Source: a virus
Lineage: Duplodnaviria; Caudoviricetes
Direction: 5' to 3' (one strand)
Virus record (IMG/VR): IMGVR_UViG_3300035014_000027
Coordinates: 1-31,655 of that record
DNA length: 31,655 nt
The notes under the pieces were generated by a model, which did not search any database, was not told the DNA's origin, and saw nothing but the letters and a program-made list of their open reading frames with translations. Positions 7,742 through 16,448 of this stretch are shown one piece after another (the stretch's first letter is position 1; each line of letters begins with the position of its first letter). Made by a program: the position numbers and the translations under genes.

Positions 7742-8068
7742 TCAGCCCCGCGAAATCACGTCGGGGTCGCGCACCTTATCTGCGATCTCCGGCGTCGTGA
7801 CGATCCGGGCCACCTCCGGCAACGCGATTGCCTTCGCGACGATCGTCTCGGGCTGCGCATTCCGCCACGCTTTCAGGAAAGCCCAGAACGCATAGGCGGC
7901 CGGCACGGCGACGACAAGGAAGTCCATGATCGCGTTGACCTGCGCGTGCATGTCTTCCGGGGTCGCCCAGGTGATCCAGCCCATCTTCCCGAGCAGGATG
8001 AAGGCGGCGACGAGCAGGATGCGGATCGGCGACGCGAGCGCCGTCATCAGCGGCTTGATATCGTTCAT
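7742..8068 (-). CDS. Putative holin (two TM segments, 108 aa)
   Basis: GGAG RBS before ATG 8068; IRILLVAAFILLG and FLVVAVPAAYAFWAFL segments; next minus-strand gene after the endolysin. Confidence 0.7.
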   Translation of the reverse strand: MNDIKPLMTALASPIRILLVAAFILLGKMGWITWATPEDMHAQVNAIMDFLVVAVPAAYAFWAFLKAWRNAQPETIVAKAIALPEVARIVTTPEIADKVRDPDVISRG

Positions 8069-8161
8069 GGGAATGCTCCGGGAGAAGCGGCAGCCGGCCG
8101 CGGCGGGACGTTGGCACCGAACGTGAAGGAAGAGCGCGAAGCTCATCCGGAGTGTGCGGGC

Positions 8162-8308
8162 ATGAAACGGCTTGTGTTGAAGCGAGACGAGCGCTTGAGC
8201 GCGGAGACGGTCGGCAAGCTTCTGGGAACGACGCTTGTCGTCGTCCAGGTCACATGGCTGGCTGCGCTCGGCTGGGGCGCGTTCGAAGTGGCTCGCTGGC
8301 TGGTCTGA
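8162..8308 (+). CDS. Small antisense single-TM protein (48 aa)
   Basis: GGAG upstream; MKRLVLKRDERLSAETVGKLLGTTLVVVQVTWLAALGWGAFEVARWLV fills the endolysin-holin gap. Confidence 0.55.
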   Translation: MKRLVLKRDERLSAETVGKLLGTTLVVVQVTWLAALGWGAFEVARWLV

Positions 8309-8311
8309 CAG

Positions 8312-9121
8312 CTACGACCGGGCCGCAGCGATCGCCGCCATGAACTGGCGATAGAACTCCGCGATCTCTTGCCAGTGGTCGGTGATGTTGACCGTGCGGC
8401 GGGCGTTCTTCAGGTCGTCGGGGCCGCCGGTCGGCAAATAGAAAGCGATGCCTTTGCCCTGCCCGTTCCAGCGTCCGTCGATGAGGCCCTTGAAGGTGAG
8501 CTCGGCAGCAAACTCGGGATCAAGCGCCCGGTCAGGATCTGCGGCGATGCCCTCTTTTTCGTAGTTGTCGAGCCAGGTCAGCTGCACGATGCCGCGGCCG
8601 TAATAGACGTGGCCCCATGGGCCGGCCGGCTTGCTGTAGCCCTTGTTCGGATAGTGCTTGGCGACATAGGCGCGCGCGGCAGCGTCGGTCTTGCTGAAGC
8701 CCTCCCGGACCGGAACCATGCCGGGACCGACCTCTCGGCGCGAGGTGGCGAGCCCATAAGCCAGCGTCTTGTCGCGGCCGCCGCCGGCTTTGGCGAAGCC
8801 ATCGAGGATGCCCTCCATGCCAGCAACCTGGCCAGCCGACAGCGACTTGCCGAACATCGGCGCCTTGCCTGAGCGCAAGTAGGCGAAGAACTTGGCGCGG
8901 TCGAAGGCTGGCGCCGGTTTGGTCGTTGCCGCCTGCAGCGCCCTGACCGTCTCGGGCGTCAGTTCGCCGGTCGCGGCAAGCCCCCGCCCCCGCTGGAACA
9001 TCGCGCAGGCCTCGCGGCTCTTCTTGCCCCAGTCGCCGTCAACGCCATTCTTCGCCGGGCCGCTCTTGCCCAAGTCATAGCCGAGCGCGACCAGCGCGGC
9101 CTGAGCCTCGCGGATGTCCAT
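8312..9121 (-). CDS. Modular endolysin: peptidoglycan-binding domain plus GH19-like catalytic domain
   Basis: Q..L..LGY...VDGDWG..S...FQ..RGL..TG (PG_binding_1); LAYGLATSRRE, PVRE, YYGRGIVQLTWLDNY and NARRTVN (GH19). Confidence 0.92.
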   Translation of the reverse strand: MDIREAQAALVALGYDLGKSGPAKNGVDGDWGKKSREACAMFQRGRGLAATGELTPETVRALQAATTKPAPAFDRAKFFAYLRSGKAPMFGKSLSAGQVAGMEGILDGFAKAGGGRDKTLAYGLATSRREVGPGMVPVREGFSKTDAAARAYVAKHYPNKGYSKPAGPWGHVYYGRGIVQLTWLDNYEKEGIAADPDRALDPEFAAELTFKGLIDGRWNGQGKGIAFYLPTGGPDDLKNARRTVNITDHWQEIAEFYRQFMAAIAAARS

Positions 9122-9202
9122 GATGATCTCCGGGATTGAGGAAGCTGGCGCGACCGGCCCGAAGCGGGCTAAGGTGCAACTCGTGATTTTGGGGAGGCCG
9201 CC

Positions 9203-9307
9203 ATACTCGCGACGGTGATCATCATCGCTGCCATGCTGATCACTGCGACGGCCGCCTATCTTCTCACCGCGAACTCGTCACGGTCGGGCCGGCGCTGGCC
9301 GCACTGA
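9203..9307 (+). CDS. Candidate 34-aa hydrophobic peptide with ATA start (or inactivated gene)
   Basis: GGGGAGG RBS 5 nt before ATA; LATVIIIAAMLITATAAYLLTA followed by a basic tail; in-frame stop upstream at 9170. Confidence 0.4.
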   Translation: MLATVIIIAAMLITATAAYLLTANSSRSGRRWPH

Positions 9308-9427
9308 CGTTCACTTCGAGCACAGACGTGCTAGATGAGCAGCGCTCGGCGTAAACCAACACCGACGAGCCGCTGCCGGCCTCACCTCTAACCTCCCGGC
9401 CGGGGTCGGCAGCGATCTCCCTGCCGA

Positions 9428-10048
9428 TCAACGAAGAGCAGTGATCGCGACTGAGATCGGCGTGTTCGCGGTGAGCAGCGAGAACCCGCGGAAATAGAGG
9501 CGAACGGTATTGGCCGCTGTCGGCCGTGCCTGAGTGATGGCAACATCGACGGGCAGATCGACCAGCGGCATCACATTGAGCCGGTCGGAGGCGAGAATGC
9601 CCGGCACGGCAATGTCACGCGTGAAGGCGCCGATCGAGAGCAGCTGGCCAATCGTGACCGAGCCGGTGAATTGGACGTTGTTCGCGGATCCGGCCGGGCC
9701 GGTCGATCCGGTGGCGCCAGCGGGGCCTTGGGCCCCTGTTGCGCCGGTCTGGCCCTGAGCCCCGGCATCGCCCTTTGCGCCTTGCGGCCCAGACGCGCCG
9801 GTATCGCCTTTCGGGCCCTGCACGCCAGCCGTACCTTGAGGTCCAGCAGGACCAGTCGGGCCCGGAACGAAGAAGTCGGTGACCCGCCCGCGCGCGGCCT
9901 GCCCTCCGCGCCTGAAGACGAACGTGTCGCCGATCTGAGCAGGGCCCGAGACCATCGGCAGGTCAGGCCGCGCCGTCTGGGCATGAGCATAGATTGCAGC
10001 GGCCGTGGCGAGGAGCGCCGCAGCGGTCAGTGCAGCAAGCTTGCGCAT
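9428..10048 (-). CDS. Collagen-like protein with N-terminal signal peptide
   Basis: 20 uninterrupted Gly-X-Y triplets; MRK, hydrophobic stretch, then AHA|Q signal peptidase I pattern; beta-rich C-terminal domain. Confidence 0.88.
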   Translation of the reverse strand: MRKLAALTAAALLATAAAIYAHAQTARPDLPMVSGPAQIGDTFVFRRGGQAARGRVTDFFVPGPTGPAGPQGTAGVQGPKGDTGASGPQGAKGDAGAQGQTGATGAQGPAGATGSTGPAGSANNVQFTGSVTIGQLLSIGAFTRDIAVPGILASDRLNVMPLVDLPVDVAITQARPTAANTVRLYFRGFSLLTANTPISVAITALR

Positions 10049-10052
10049 CGGT

Positions 10053-10484
10053 TTACTCCGCCGGGGGCAGGCCTTTGAGGATGCGATTGCGCCGCGTGGC
10101 CGTCAGCATCTTGCCGTCGACGAGTGCCTGCATGCCGGCGATCAAGCGCTCGTCGCTGAGGTCGATGAACTGGGCGCCGACAGCGCGATCATACCAGAGC
10201 TTGGTCGGGGCATCGGTCATTGCCGCGCCTGCGATCGCGAGCTGCTCGTCCTCGGTGAAGAGATCCATGAACTGGAGGAACGACAACGGTGGCTTAACGT
10301 CTGCCATCTCGATCGGCGGAGGCGCAGCGTAGCCTTGCCCCTGGACCACCCAGCCGATCTGAACGTCGGTCTGCCCAGCCGCTTCGGTCCAGAGCGCAGC
10401 ATAGGCATCGTCGCCCCAAACGACCGGCTCATCGCTTTGCAAGAGATCAACGACGACCCCGTTCTCGACTCGCACATAGTTCAT
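10053..10484 (-). CDS. Putative tail fibre assembly / fibre-associated protein
   Basis: [10 protein letters not shown]...VQIGW...PP and QF..LFT..EQ.AI modules; directly after the fibre gene. Confidence 0.7.
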   Translation of the reverse strand: MNYVRVENGVVVDLLQSDEPVVWGDDAYAALWTEAAGQTDVQIGWVVQGQGYAAPPPIEMADVKPPLSFLQFMDLFTEDEQLAIAGAAMTDAPTKLWYDRAVGAQFIDLSDERLIAGMQALVDGKMLTATRRNRILKGLPPAE

Positions 10485-11617
10485 CAGGCGACCTTTCGAT
10501 GGCGGATGATGACGAAGCCAGCGCCGCCAGCGCCGCCGTCGTAGGTATTGGCGGCCGTGCGGGCACCGCCGGCGCCGCCAGCATTTGGTGCAGCAGCCGA
10601 ACCACCCGACGAAGCAGAGTTGGACGTTCCGGAGCCGCCGAAACGCCCGGGCGCGCCGTTCCCGCCGTAAGCCACGCCCGCCCCATTCCGCGATCGGCCG
10701 GGATGACCAGAGTTACCCGAGGTTCCAAATGAGTTGGAGGCGGCGCCGGTGCCCGAGCCGCCAATACCCCCTGGCTGCCCAGCACCGGCTGCGCCCCCCG
10801 CACAGGACAGAGTGAACTTGCCTGACACGCCGCATGTGGTCGACCCGCCTGGGGCTCCAGGAGAACCCGCAGCACCTCCCGCCCCGGGGGCGCCGATTGT
10901 CCCAGCTATGACATCACCAGGAATGACAGACTGTCCCGCGATCGTAGTCCCGCCCTGCCCTCCGCCGCCTCCGGACTGGTCGGCAGTGCCATCAGCGCCC
11001 GACCCGCCCCCGCCAGCAGCGCCCATGTCGATGTCGACCCAATAAACGCCGGCCGGCACCGTATAAGACCAGGCACCCGGCGTATTGAAGACGTTCAGCG
11101 CATAGGGGTTGTTGGCGTTGGCCTGCGAGACCGAAATCAGCTGATATTTCGCGCCATCGTCGACCACCTCGAGAATGTCACCCGCCAGCCAGGCATTGGC
11201 GAGCGGGTCCGCGCCAAGAAGCTTCACCGGGAAAGCGCCTGGCCCGACGTTGAGAGTGACTGCACCGCCCGGGGCCGCAGATGCCGCCTTCAGCCGCATC
11301 GGAGCACCAATCAGTTCAGCGCGGGCCGCCGGCGCGGGATCCAGCGTCGCTGTCAGCGCGTTCGCCGAACCGCCGACGGTGGCGACGTAGTTGAGGGCCT
11401 GGGAGCGGATGGCTTTCGCGAACCGCAGAAGGTCACTGTCATCGACAGAAAGCCCCGATTTACTGGTGGCGTTAGCGACCTGACCCGTCAACCACCAAGC
11501 CATCCAATTGAACAGGTCGAGATCGGCATCGCCGCAGCCATAGCCTTCGGCAAGTTCGACTGATGTTGGCGCGCGGCGCGTCGCGCCCGCCGCGAAAGGC
11601 AAGTTGATGGCGGTCAT
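10484..11617 (-). CDS. Tail fibre / receptor-binding protein with glycine-rich C-terminal domain
   Basis: Fibre-type N-terminus (FNW...GL..DD.D....AKAI), GSANALTATLDPAP domain, F.TPG...YTVPAGV...GAAGGGG...GGAGFVII Gly-rich domain. Confidence 0.85.
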   Translation of the reverse strand: MTAINLPFAAGATRRAPTSVELAEGYGCGDADLDLFNWMAWWLTGQVANATSKSGLSVDDSDLLRFAKAIRSQALNYVATVGGSANALTATLDPAPAARAELIGAPMRLKAASAAPGGAVTLNVGPGAFPVKLLGADPLANAWLAGDILEVVDDGAKYQLISVSQANANNPYALNVFNTPGAWSYTVPAGVYWVDIDMGAAGGGGSGADGTADQSGGGGGQGGTTIAGQSVIPGDVIAGTIGAPGAGGAAGSPGAPGGSTTCGVSGKFTLSCAGGAAGAGQPGGIGGSGTGAASNSFGTSGNSGHPGRSRNGAGVAYGGNGAPGRFGGSGTSNSASSGGSAAAPNAGGAGGARTAANTYDGGAGGAGFVIIRHRKVA

Positions 11618-11630
11618 GGAGCCCCTCAGA

Positions 11631-12350
11631 TCAGGCGCAAGTATAGGTGTTTGGTTCGGCCGAGCAGACGAACTCAGCGCTCTCGCAGAAGCCGCCCCAG
11701 CCCTCGCCGAAGCCGAAAATCGGCCCGGTGCCGTAGTGGATCATGCCCTTGATGCCGGGCGCGATCGGAAGGATGCGGAATGCCACCGGCACCAGCATCA
11801 TTTCGAAGTCAGAGAGGGCCCGGCCAGGCGCAAGGGTGACGCGGCCTACTTTGCTCGACACGACCGATGCGCCGGCGCCCCAGATGTGACGGGCGGCGGC
11901 TTGAAGCGAGGCGATGTCGTACAGCCCCATGACTTGATAGCGGCGAGCCTTCAGCATGCCGCGAAAGACCTCATCATCACTGATGCAGATCTCGCCATTG
12001 CCGAGCGGGGGGCAGCCGGACCATGTTGAGCCGGGCGCGCAGAAGCCCGCAATGCGGTCAGAGCCCGCGAACGGCCCGCATTTGAACCCGAAGACTTTCG
12101 GCGGCTCGCAAATGCAGTGGCAGCGCGGGAGGCCCAACCACTTGCCAATGATAGTAAGCTGGTCGCCAACGGCTGTATCGATGTCGAAGAAGGTCGGGAG
12201 CGGACAGGCGGCGCCCCCCGATGCCTCAGTTTGGCCGAGCAGCGCACGGACGATCGCCAGGAACTTCGTGGCCTCGCGATATTGCGTCGCGACCTTGTCG
12301 ACTTCTTCCTCGACGAGGACGCCGGGCGCCGGGCATGCGCGCTCCGCCAT
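11631..12350 (-). CDS. Baseplate wedge protein (DUF2612-like)
   Basis: TQYRE..KF, FDIDTAVGDQL.IIG.W.G..R, FGF, SDDE.FR..LKAR. Confidence 0.85.
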   Translation of the reverse strand: MAERACPAPGVLVEEEVDKVATQYREATKFLAIVRALLGQTEASGGAACPLPTFFDIDTAVGDQLTIIGKWLGLPRCHCICEPPKVFGFKCGPFAGSDRIAGFCAPGSTWSGCPPLGNGEICISDDEVFRGMLKARRYQVMGLYDIASLQAAARHIWGAGASVVSSKVGRVTLAPGRALSDFEMMLVPVAFRILPIAPGIKGMIHYGTGPIFGFGEGWGGFCESAEFVCSAEPNTYTCA

Positions 12351-13246
12351 CAGGCCACCGTGATCGTGATGCGGTCAGCCGAGACCGCCATGATTTGAAA
12401 GAAACTGATTGGGACGGGGGTGACCCCCGGCGTAGCTGGCGAAACGCTGGCGCGGACCGCGCTGACCTCGATATTAGGATAGCGGCTCTCGACTGCCTGA
12501 CGCACAAGATAGGCCGTCACGTCTTGACCATTGCGGGGACGATTGGCCCCGGTCAGCGCATCAGCGAGGCCGGACGCGATCGACAAGGCGGAAGGCGGAG
12601 GGCAGCCGTTACGATCTGGGCGGGCGACAACGTCAACCGCGATGGAGACCGGCACCTCGACAGGCCGGACGACCCGGATTGATCGGCAGAATCCTTCGAT
12701 CGTCGTCTCGATCGTGGTGTTTCCATACGTCCCGATGCCGGGGACGACATAGGCGCGGACCATCCGCGCAATCTCATCGTTATCGCCACCCAGGACGGCC
12801 ACGGCCACGCTGTGCGCGCTGATGCCGTCGGCGTCGACCGCGTCGGTGTCGTTCACGAAGGTCTGGACGTAGGTGACGCCCGAGATCGCAGAGATCGCCT
12901 GCGAGAGGTCGCTCATGTCGATGCGCGCCCGGCCGGCATTGGTGATTGCCAGCCGCAGGTCGATGTCGCTCTCGCCGGCAGCCCGCTCGAGCAGGCGGAG
13001 CTTGGCGATGCGCTCCAGGTTCACGCCTTCGGCCTGGTCAGGATCGAGCGCCTGGTACACGCTCTCCGCCAGCTCCCACAGCGAGGCCGCGAGATCGGCA
13101 TGCAGGCCGTTCAGCTGTCCCAGCGGCGACTGGTCGGTCTGGATGACGCCAGGCCCGAAGGTGGCGACGTTCGCCGCCTGCAGATCGGCAAGGATCTCCG
13201 GCAGCCGCTTCCGCTGGAAACCGCTCGGGATGACGCCATAGGCCAT
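12350..13246 (-). CDS. Baseplate J-like wedge protein (298 aa)
   Basis: MAYGV...GF.RKRL, SPLGQL, DPDQAEGV.L, GESD..LR, N.TD..DADG..AHS...V.GG; GAGG RBS before ATG 13246. Confidence 0.88.
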   Translation of the reverse strand: MAYGVIPSGFQRKRLPEILADLQAANVATFGPGVIQTDQSPLGQLNGLHADLAASLWELAESVYQALDPDQAEGVNLERIAKLRLLERAAGESDIDLRLAITNAGRARIDMSDLSQAISAISGVTYVQTFVNDTDAVDADGISAHSVAVAVLGGDNDEIARMVRAYVVPGIGTYGNTTIETTIEGFCRSIRVVRPVEVPVSIAVDVVARPDRNGCPPPSALSIASGLADALTGANRPRNGQDVTAYLVRQAVESRYPNIEVSAVRASVSPATPGVTPVPISFFQIMAVSADRITITVA

Positions 13247-13254
13247 CGGAACCT

Positions 13255-13623
13255 CTAGAACTGGATGTCGACGATCTCGTCGAAGACGGTGGCGACCTGG
13301 CAGCGCTCGATGCGCAGGCCGCGTGAGGCGCGATCGTAGACCGCGCTGAATTCTAGGATCTCGGTCACGCCGGGCGTTGCGGCGATCTCGGCCTTGATGA
13401 TGCTCTCTGCCAGCGGGAGCTCGGACGGCGGCCGGCCGAGAACGTAGCGCGTCCACTCGACGCCCGCGTCCTCGTTCAGGAACCATTCCCTGCGCCAGAA
13501 CATCAGCCGTTGGCGGATGTGCTCACCGATCGCCTCAGCATCAAAGACCAGAACCGGAGATCCGGTGGCATCAAGCCGAAGATCGTTATGCGGCTGGATC
13601 GACAGCCCAACGAAGTCGACCAT
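13255..13623 (-). CDS. Baseplate gp25/W-like sheath initiator
   Basis: I.QRL.FW..EWFLN..AGV.W, I..TPGV. Confidence 0.85.
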   Translation of the reverse strand: MVDFVGLSIQPHNDLRLDATGSPVLVFDAEAIGEHIRQRLMFWRREWFLNEDAGVEWTRYVLGRPPSELPLAESIIKAEIAATPGVTEILEFSAVYDRASRGLRIERCQVATVFDEIVDIQF

Positions 13624-14324
13624 CAGGCTTTCATCCCGTCGATCTTGGCGATCAGCTGATTGGCTGCGACCTGCGTTGCCGAGTCCGTCGGCGCACCAGC
13701 GTTCAGATGGTCGCGGATCAGCACCAGCGCCGCCTTGATGATGTCGAGCACGCTGTCACCACTCTCGCTCTTCAGGTCGATCTTGCCGGCAGCATTGACC
13801 ACCAGCTTATCGGAACCGCTCGGCCCGCCGACAATTGCCGATGAGCCCCCTGCCCGCGCTTGCAACCCGCTCTTGCCGTCCTTCGATCCGAAATGGGCGC
13901 CGCCGGCCGGCATGTTCGACATCGTGTTCCCGTCCGGCCCGCCGCCTGGATAGGCGATCGCGTCGGACAGGTTGAAGGAACGGGTCGAGCTCTGAGCGTT
14001 GCCGCCGTCCGTCTGGCTGTTATCGGTGTTGCTCTGCCTGACATGCACGACGACCGGGTCGCCCGCTTTCATATCGAAGTGGACGCCGAAGTCGGCGCCG
14101 CCCGGCATCGCAACTTTGATATCATCCAGCGCCGGCGCCTGAACAGTCTGCCCACCGATGGACTGCTCAAGCTTCAGCTTGATCGACGCCCGCTGTGTGG
14201 ATCGGTCATAGCTGACGATTTCACCGTCGAGCGTCGTATTGATCTCGCCGACCTCAGCCTGCACCGCCGCCCTGAATGCGTCAGCATCGTTCTTGCGATT
14301 GGACGAACCAACGAAGCCAGCCAT
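13623..14324 (-). CDS. Baseplate central spike (Gp138-like N-terminal OB fold)
   Basis: GEIVSYD..TQRA, P.G..F...F.MK.GD, R.FNLSDAIA.PG. Confidence 0.85.
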   Translation of the reverse strand: MAGFVGSSNRKNDADAFRAAVQAEVGEINTTLDGEIVSYDRSTQRASIKLKLEQSIGGQTVQAPALDDIKVAMPGGADFGVHFDMKAGDPVVVHVRQSNTDNSQTDGGNAQSSTRSFNLSDAIAYPGGGPDGNTMSNMPAGGAHFGSKDGKSGLQARAGGSSAIVGGPSGSDKLVVNAAGKIDLKSESGDSVLDIIKAALVLIRDHLNAGAPTDSATQVAANQLIAKIDGMKA

Positions 14325-15190
14325 CAGCGAACCACCTTACCGCCTTCAACTCGGTTGGCTTCGATCTCGACATACCAATCGTCGCCCTCATTCGAGCCGA
14401 CGAACTTGACCTGCGAGACGCGGAAGATGCCGCCGCCCTCGTCGGTTTTGCGCTTGTCGCGACCGCTCTCTTCATCAAGAAAATCCGAGCGGACGTCGAT
14501 CTGACGGCCCGGTGCAATCTCCGGATTGAGGAGCGTCTTGACCGTGATGCCCTTGTCGTTGGTCTGCGGCACGCCGATCATGCCGGTTTCCGAGGAGATC
14601 AGCGTCACGCCCGGCAGGACCGCGTCGTTCTTCAAGACCTGCGCCGTGCCATCTTGGATGCTCCAGTACAGGCGGTGCTGCCTGCCGATCTTGTCGAGCT
14701 CGGCCGCGGCATAACCAAAGACCGTCACCGGCCGCTTGTAGGCTGGTAGATCGTCCAGTCCCTTCATCTCGCCCTTGGACACACCCGGCAGCTGGCCGAT
14801 GAGATAGTCTACAATCTCTCGCGGCTTCGTGCCCTTCGCGAAGGTCTTCGAAGCTGACCCCTTCCCTATGGCCTCGTCGCCGTCACCGCACTCGATCTCC
14901 GACTGAATGTCGGGGCTTTCCTTAGTGTCGGTCGAATCCCGGATGCTGCCCTTGAAGATCGTCGAGAGCGGACCATCCTTGTAGCCGACCTTCAACTCGA
15001 TCTTGTCGAGCTCGTCGCCCAACTGCTTGCGATGGCTCTTCGTGAGGTTCCAGATCGAGACCTTGGCCTCATTCTGGCTGCTGCCGATGCCCTTGCTGAT
15101 GTCGAAGTCGATCTTGAGATCGCGGACGGTCAGTGAGCCGGCCTTGCCCGAGATGGTGACTTCGACCACCCTGCCCCACTGCCGGGTCAT
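14324..15190 (-). CDS. Baseplate hub protein
   Basis: LKIDFDI.K, N.A.VSIWNL, L.VGY, IF.G.I, CGDGD, WSIQDG, TGMIG.P, LLNP.I. Confidence 0.85.
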   Translation of the reverse strand: MTRQWGRVVEVTISGKAGSLTVRDLKIDFDISKGIGSSQNEAKVSIWNLTKSHRKQLGDELDKIELKVGYKDGPLSTIFKGSIRDSTDTKESPDIQSEIECGDGDEAIGKGSASKTFAKGTKPREIVDYLIGQLPGVSKGEMKGLDDLPAYKRPVTVFGYAAAELDKIGRQHRLYWSIQDGTAQVLKNDAVLPGVTLISSETGMIGVPQTNDKGITVKTLLNPEIAPGRQIDVRSDFLDEESGRDKRKTDEGGGIFRVSQVKFVGSNEGDDWYVEIEANRVEGGKVVR

Positions 15191-15507
15191 GCCGCGGTCT
15201 CAGCCGGATCGATCTGGAAGAGACGCACTCGACCCGAGGGTAACTCGGTCCGCCCAGGCTCGGCCGCATCATCGCCCCAGGGCGCTGCGACGATCGCTCC
15301 AATGCCGAGGCCGAAAGGCGCGATAAGGTCGGTGCCCACCACGATCTTGCGGCCCGAGACGGCCCGCACACCATCGACGTCGAGATCGAACGACCAGCGA
15401 TCCGCCCATGTCGAATAATTCACGACAAAGTCGCAGCGCTTACCCGCAAGCGTCGTCGTGAACGCCTGCGAAGGCGCATCGATGATGGTCAGTTCGCGCC
15501 AAGGCAT
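15187..15507 (-). CDS. Baseplate plug / small baseplate protein
   Basis: P.Q.F.TTL.G, .N...DRWS.DL, G..IV.G.DL; synteny. Confidence 0.78.
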   Translation of the reverse strand: MPWRELTIIDAPSQAFTTTLAGKRCDFVVNYSTWADRWSFDLDVDGVRAVSGRKIVVGTDLIAPFGLGIGAIVAAPWGDDAAEPGRTELPSGRVRLFQIDPAETAA

Positions 15508-16013
15508 CAGTCCACCGCGATCGCATTGCTCAGGATCTTGTCGGTACGGCTCGGGATACTCTCAGCGGGGCGTGCCGCCACTTGGCCGCGCTTGGTGGTG
15601 CCCTGCGCCTTGTCGTCTGAGCTGGCGCCCCCATTGCCGCTCGTCTGCGTGTCGACGATGCGGACCTCTTCAAGATCGGCTTCGAACTTGAGAACCCTGC
15701 CATGCTCCTTGTCGCGCTCCGGATTGATCCGGACAAGCATCATGTTCTCGTAGACGCGTAGACCAGTGACGAGTGTGAAGGGTTCGAGCTTAGATTGAAC
15801 GTCGAGTAGCTGCTGATAGGCAGCGACGGCTCGCGGCCCATCGACAACCGAATCTAGCGTCACCTTGTAACCCAGCCGCCAGGCGTGGTCGCTGATCTTC
15901 GCACCCTTCTCGACGGGATGCTTCGGTATCTCGATCTCGGACTCGTGGCTTTCCGAAACGACGACATCAACGAAGACGCCACCGATCGAACGGCTGATGA
16001 GGATGCAGCTCAC
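15507..16013 (-). CDS. Dit-like tail tube initiator
   Basis: D.VVSE.H......HPVE.GA.ISDHA, VTGL.VYENM. Confidence 0.85.
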   Translation of the reverse strand: MSCILISRSIGGVFVDVVVSESHESEIEIPKHPVEKGAKISDHAWRLGYKVTLDSVVDGPRAVAAYQQLLDVQSKLEPFTLVTGLRVYENMMLVRINPERDKEHGRVLKFEADLEEVRIVDTQTSGNGGASSDDKAQGTTKRGQVAARPAESIPSRTDKILSNAIAVD

Positions 16014-16154
16014 CGCGGCATCTCGGATGGTGGGTTCAACCTGATGGTCACCTCCTCGACCATGTCTCCGACGCGACGCTCAATGGTCACGGATTCGACT
16101 CGGTCGGAAAAGCGCTCAAGGATGTCAGCCGGGCTGATTTCGCAGGAGGCTGAC

Positions 16155-16448
16155 GTGGCGTTTTCGCTGGATCCCAAGGACTTGCTCCAACTGTTAGACC
16201 GCATCCCAGTTTGGAAGCGGATCGCCGCAATGCCGGGGCGATTGGATGAACTAGAAAAGCGGTTGGCGGCTTTGGAGCAGAAGCCGAATCTGCCGATCTG
16301 CGAGGCATGCGGCATCGGCTAAAAGCGCCTTGACCGCGTCGAGAAACCCACGGGCGCCTTTGCCGTATTCGATTGCTCTGGGCTGCAGTTTAAGATTTTC
16401 AAATGCAACCACTGCGGGATGGAAACGAAAGAGCGAGGCGGCGCTTAG
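16155..16448 (+). pseudogene. Antisense zinc-ribbon gene interrupted by an in-frame TAA (16320-16322)
   Basis: AGGAGG RBS (16144-16149), GTG start; CEACG before the stop and CNHCG in the same frame after it, ending at TAG 16446-16448. Confidence 0.72.

Noticed and set aside
9428-11617. Diversity-generating retroelement or invertible cassette at the tail fibre
   Set aside because: No reverse transcriptase, invertase or template/variable repeat pair seen; repetitiveness comes from Gly-rich and collagen coding
13247-13486. N-terminal extensions in the ORF track (baseplate J to 13486; likewise 24488, 28183, 19162, 8146, 5938)
   Set aside because: They overlap upstream genes or intergenic leaders; downstream ATGs have an RBS or coupling and match family N-termini
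16010-16315. 101-aa minus ORF whose stop overlaps the Dit start (GTGA)
   Set aside because: The N-terminal half is the Ser-rich antisense of the zinc-ribbon gene and has no clear start; the C-terminal 40 aa may be a remnant but cannot be supported
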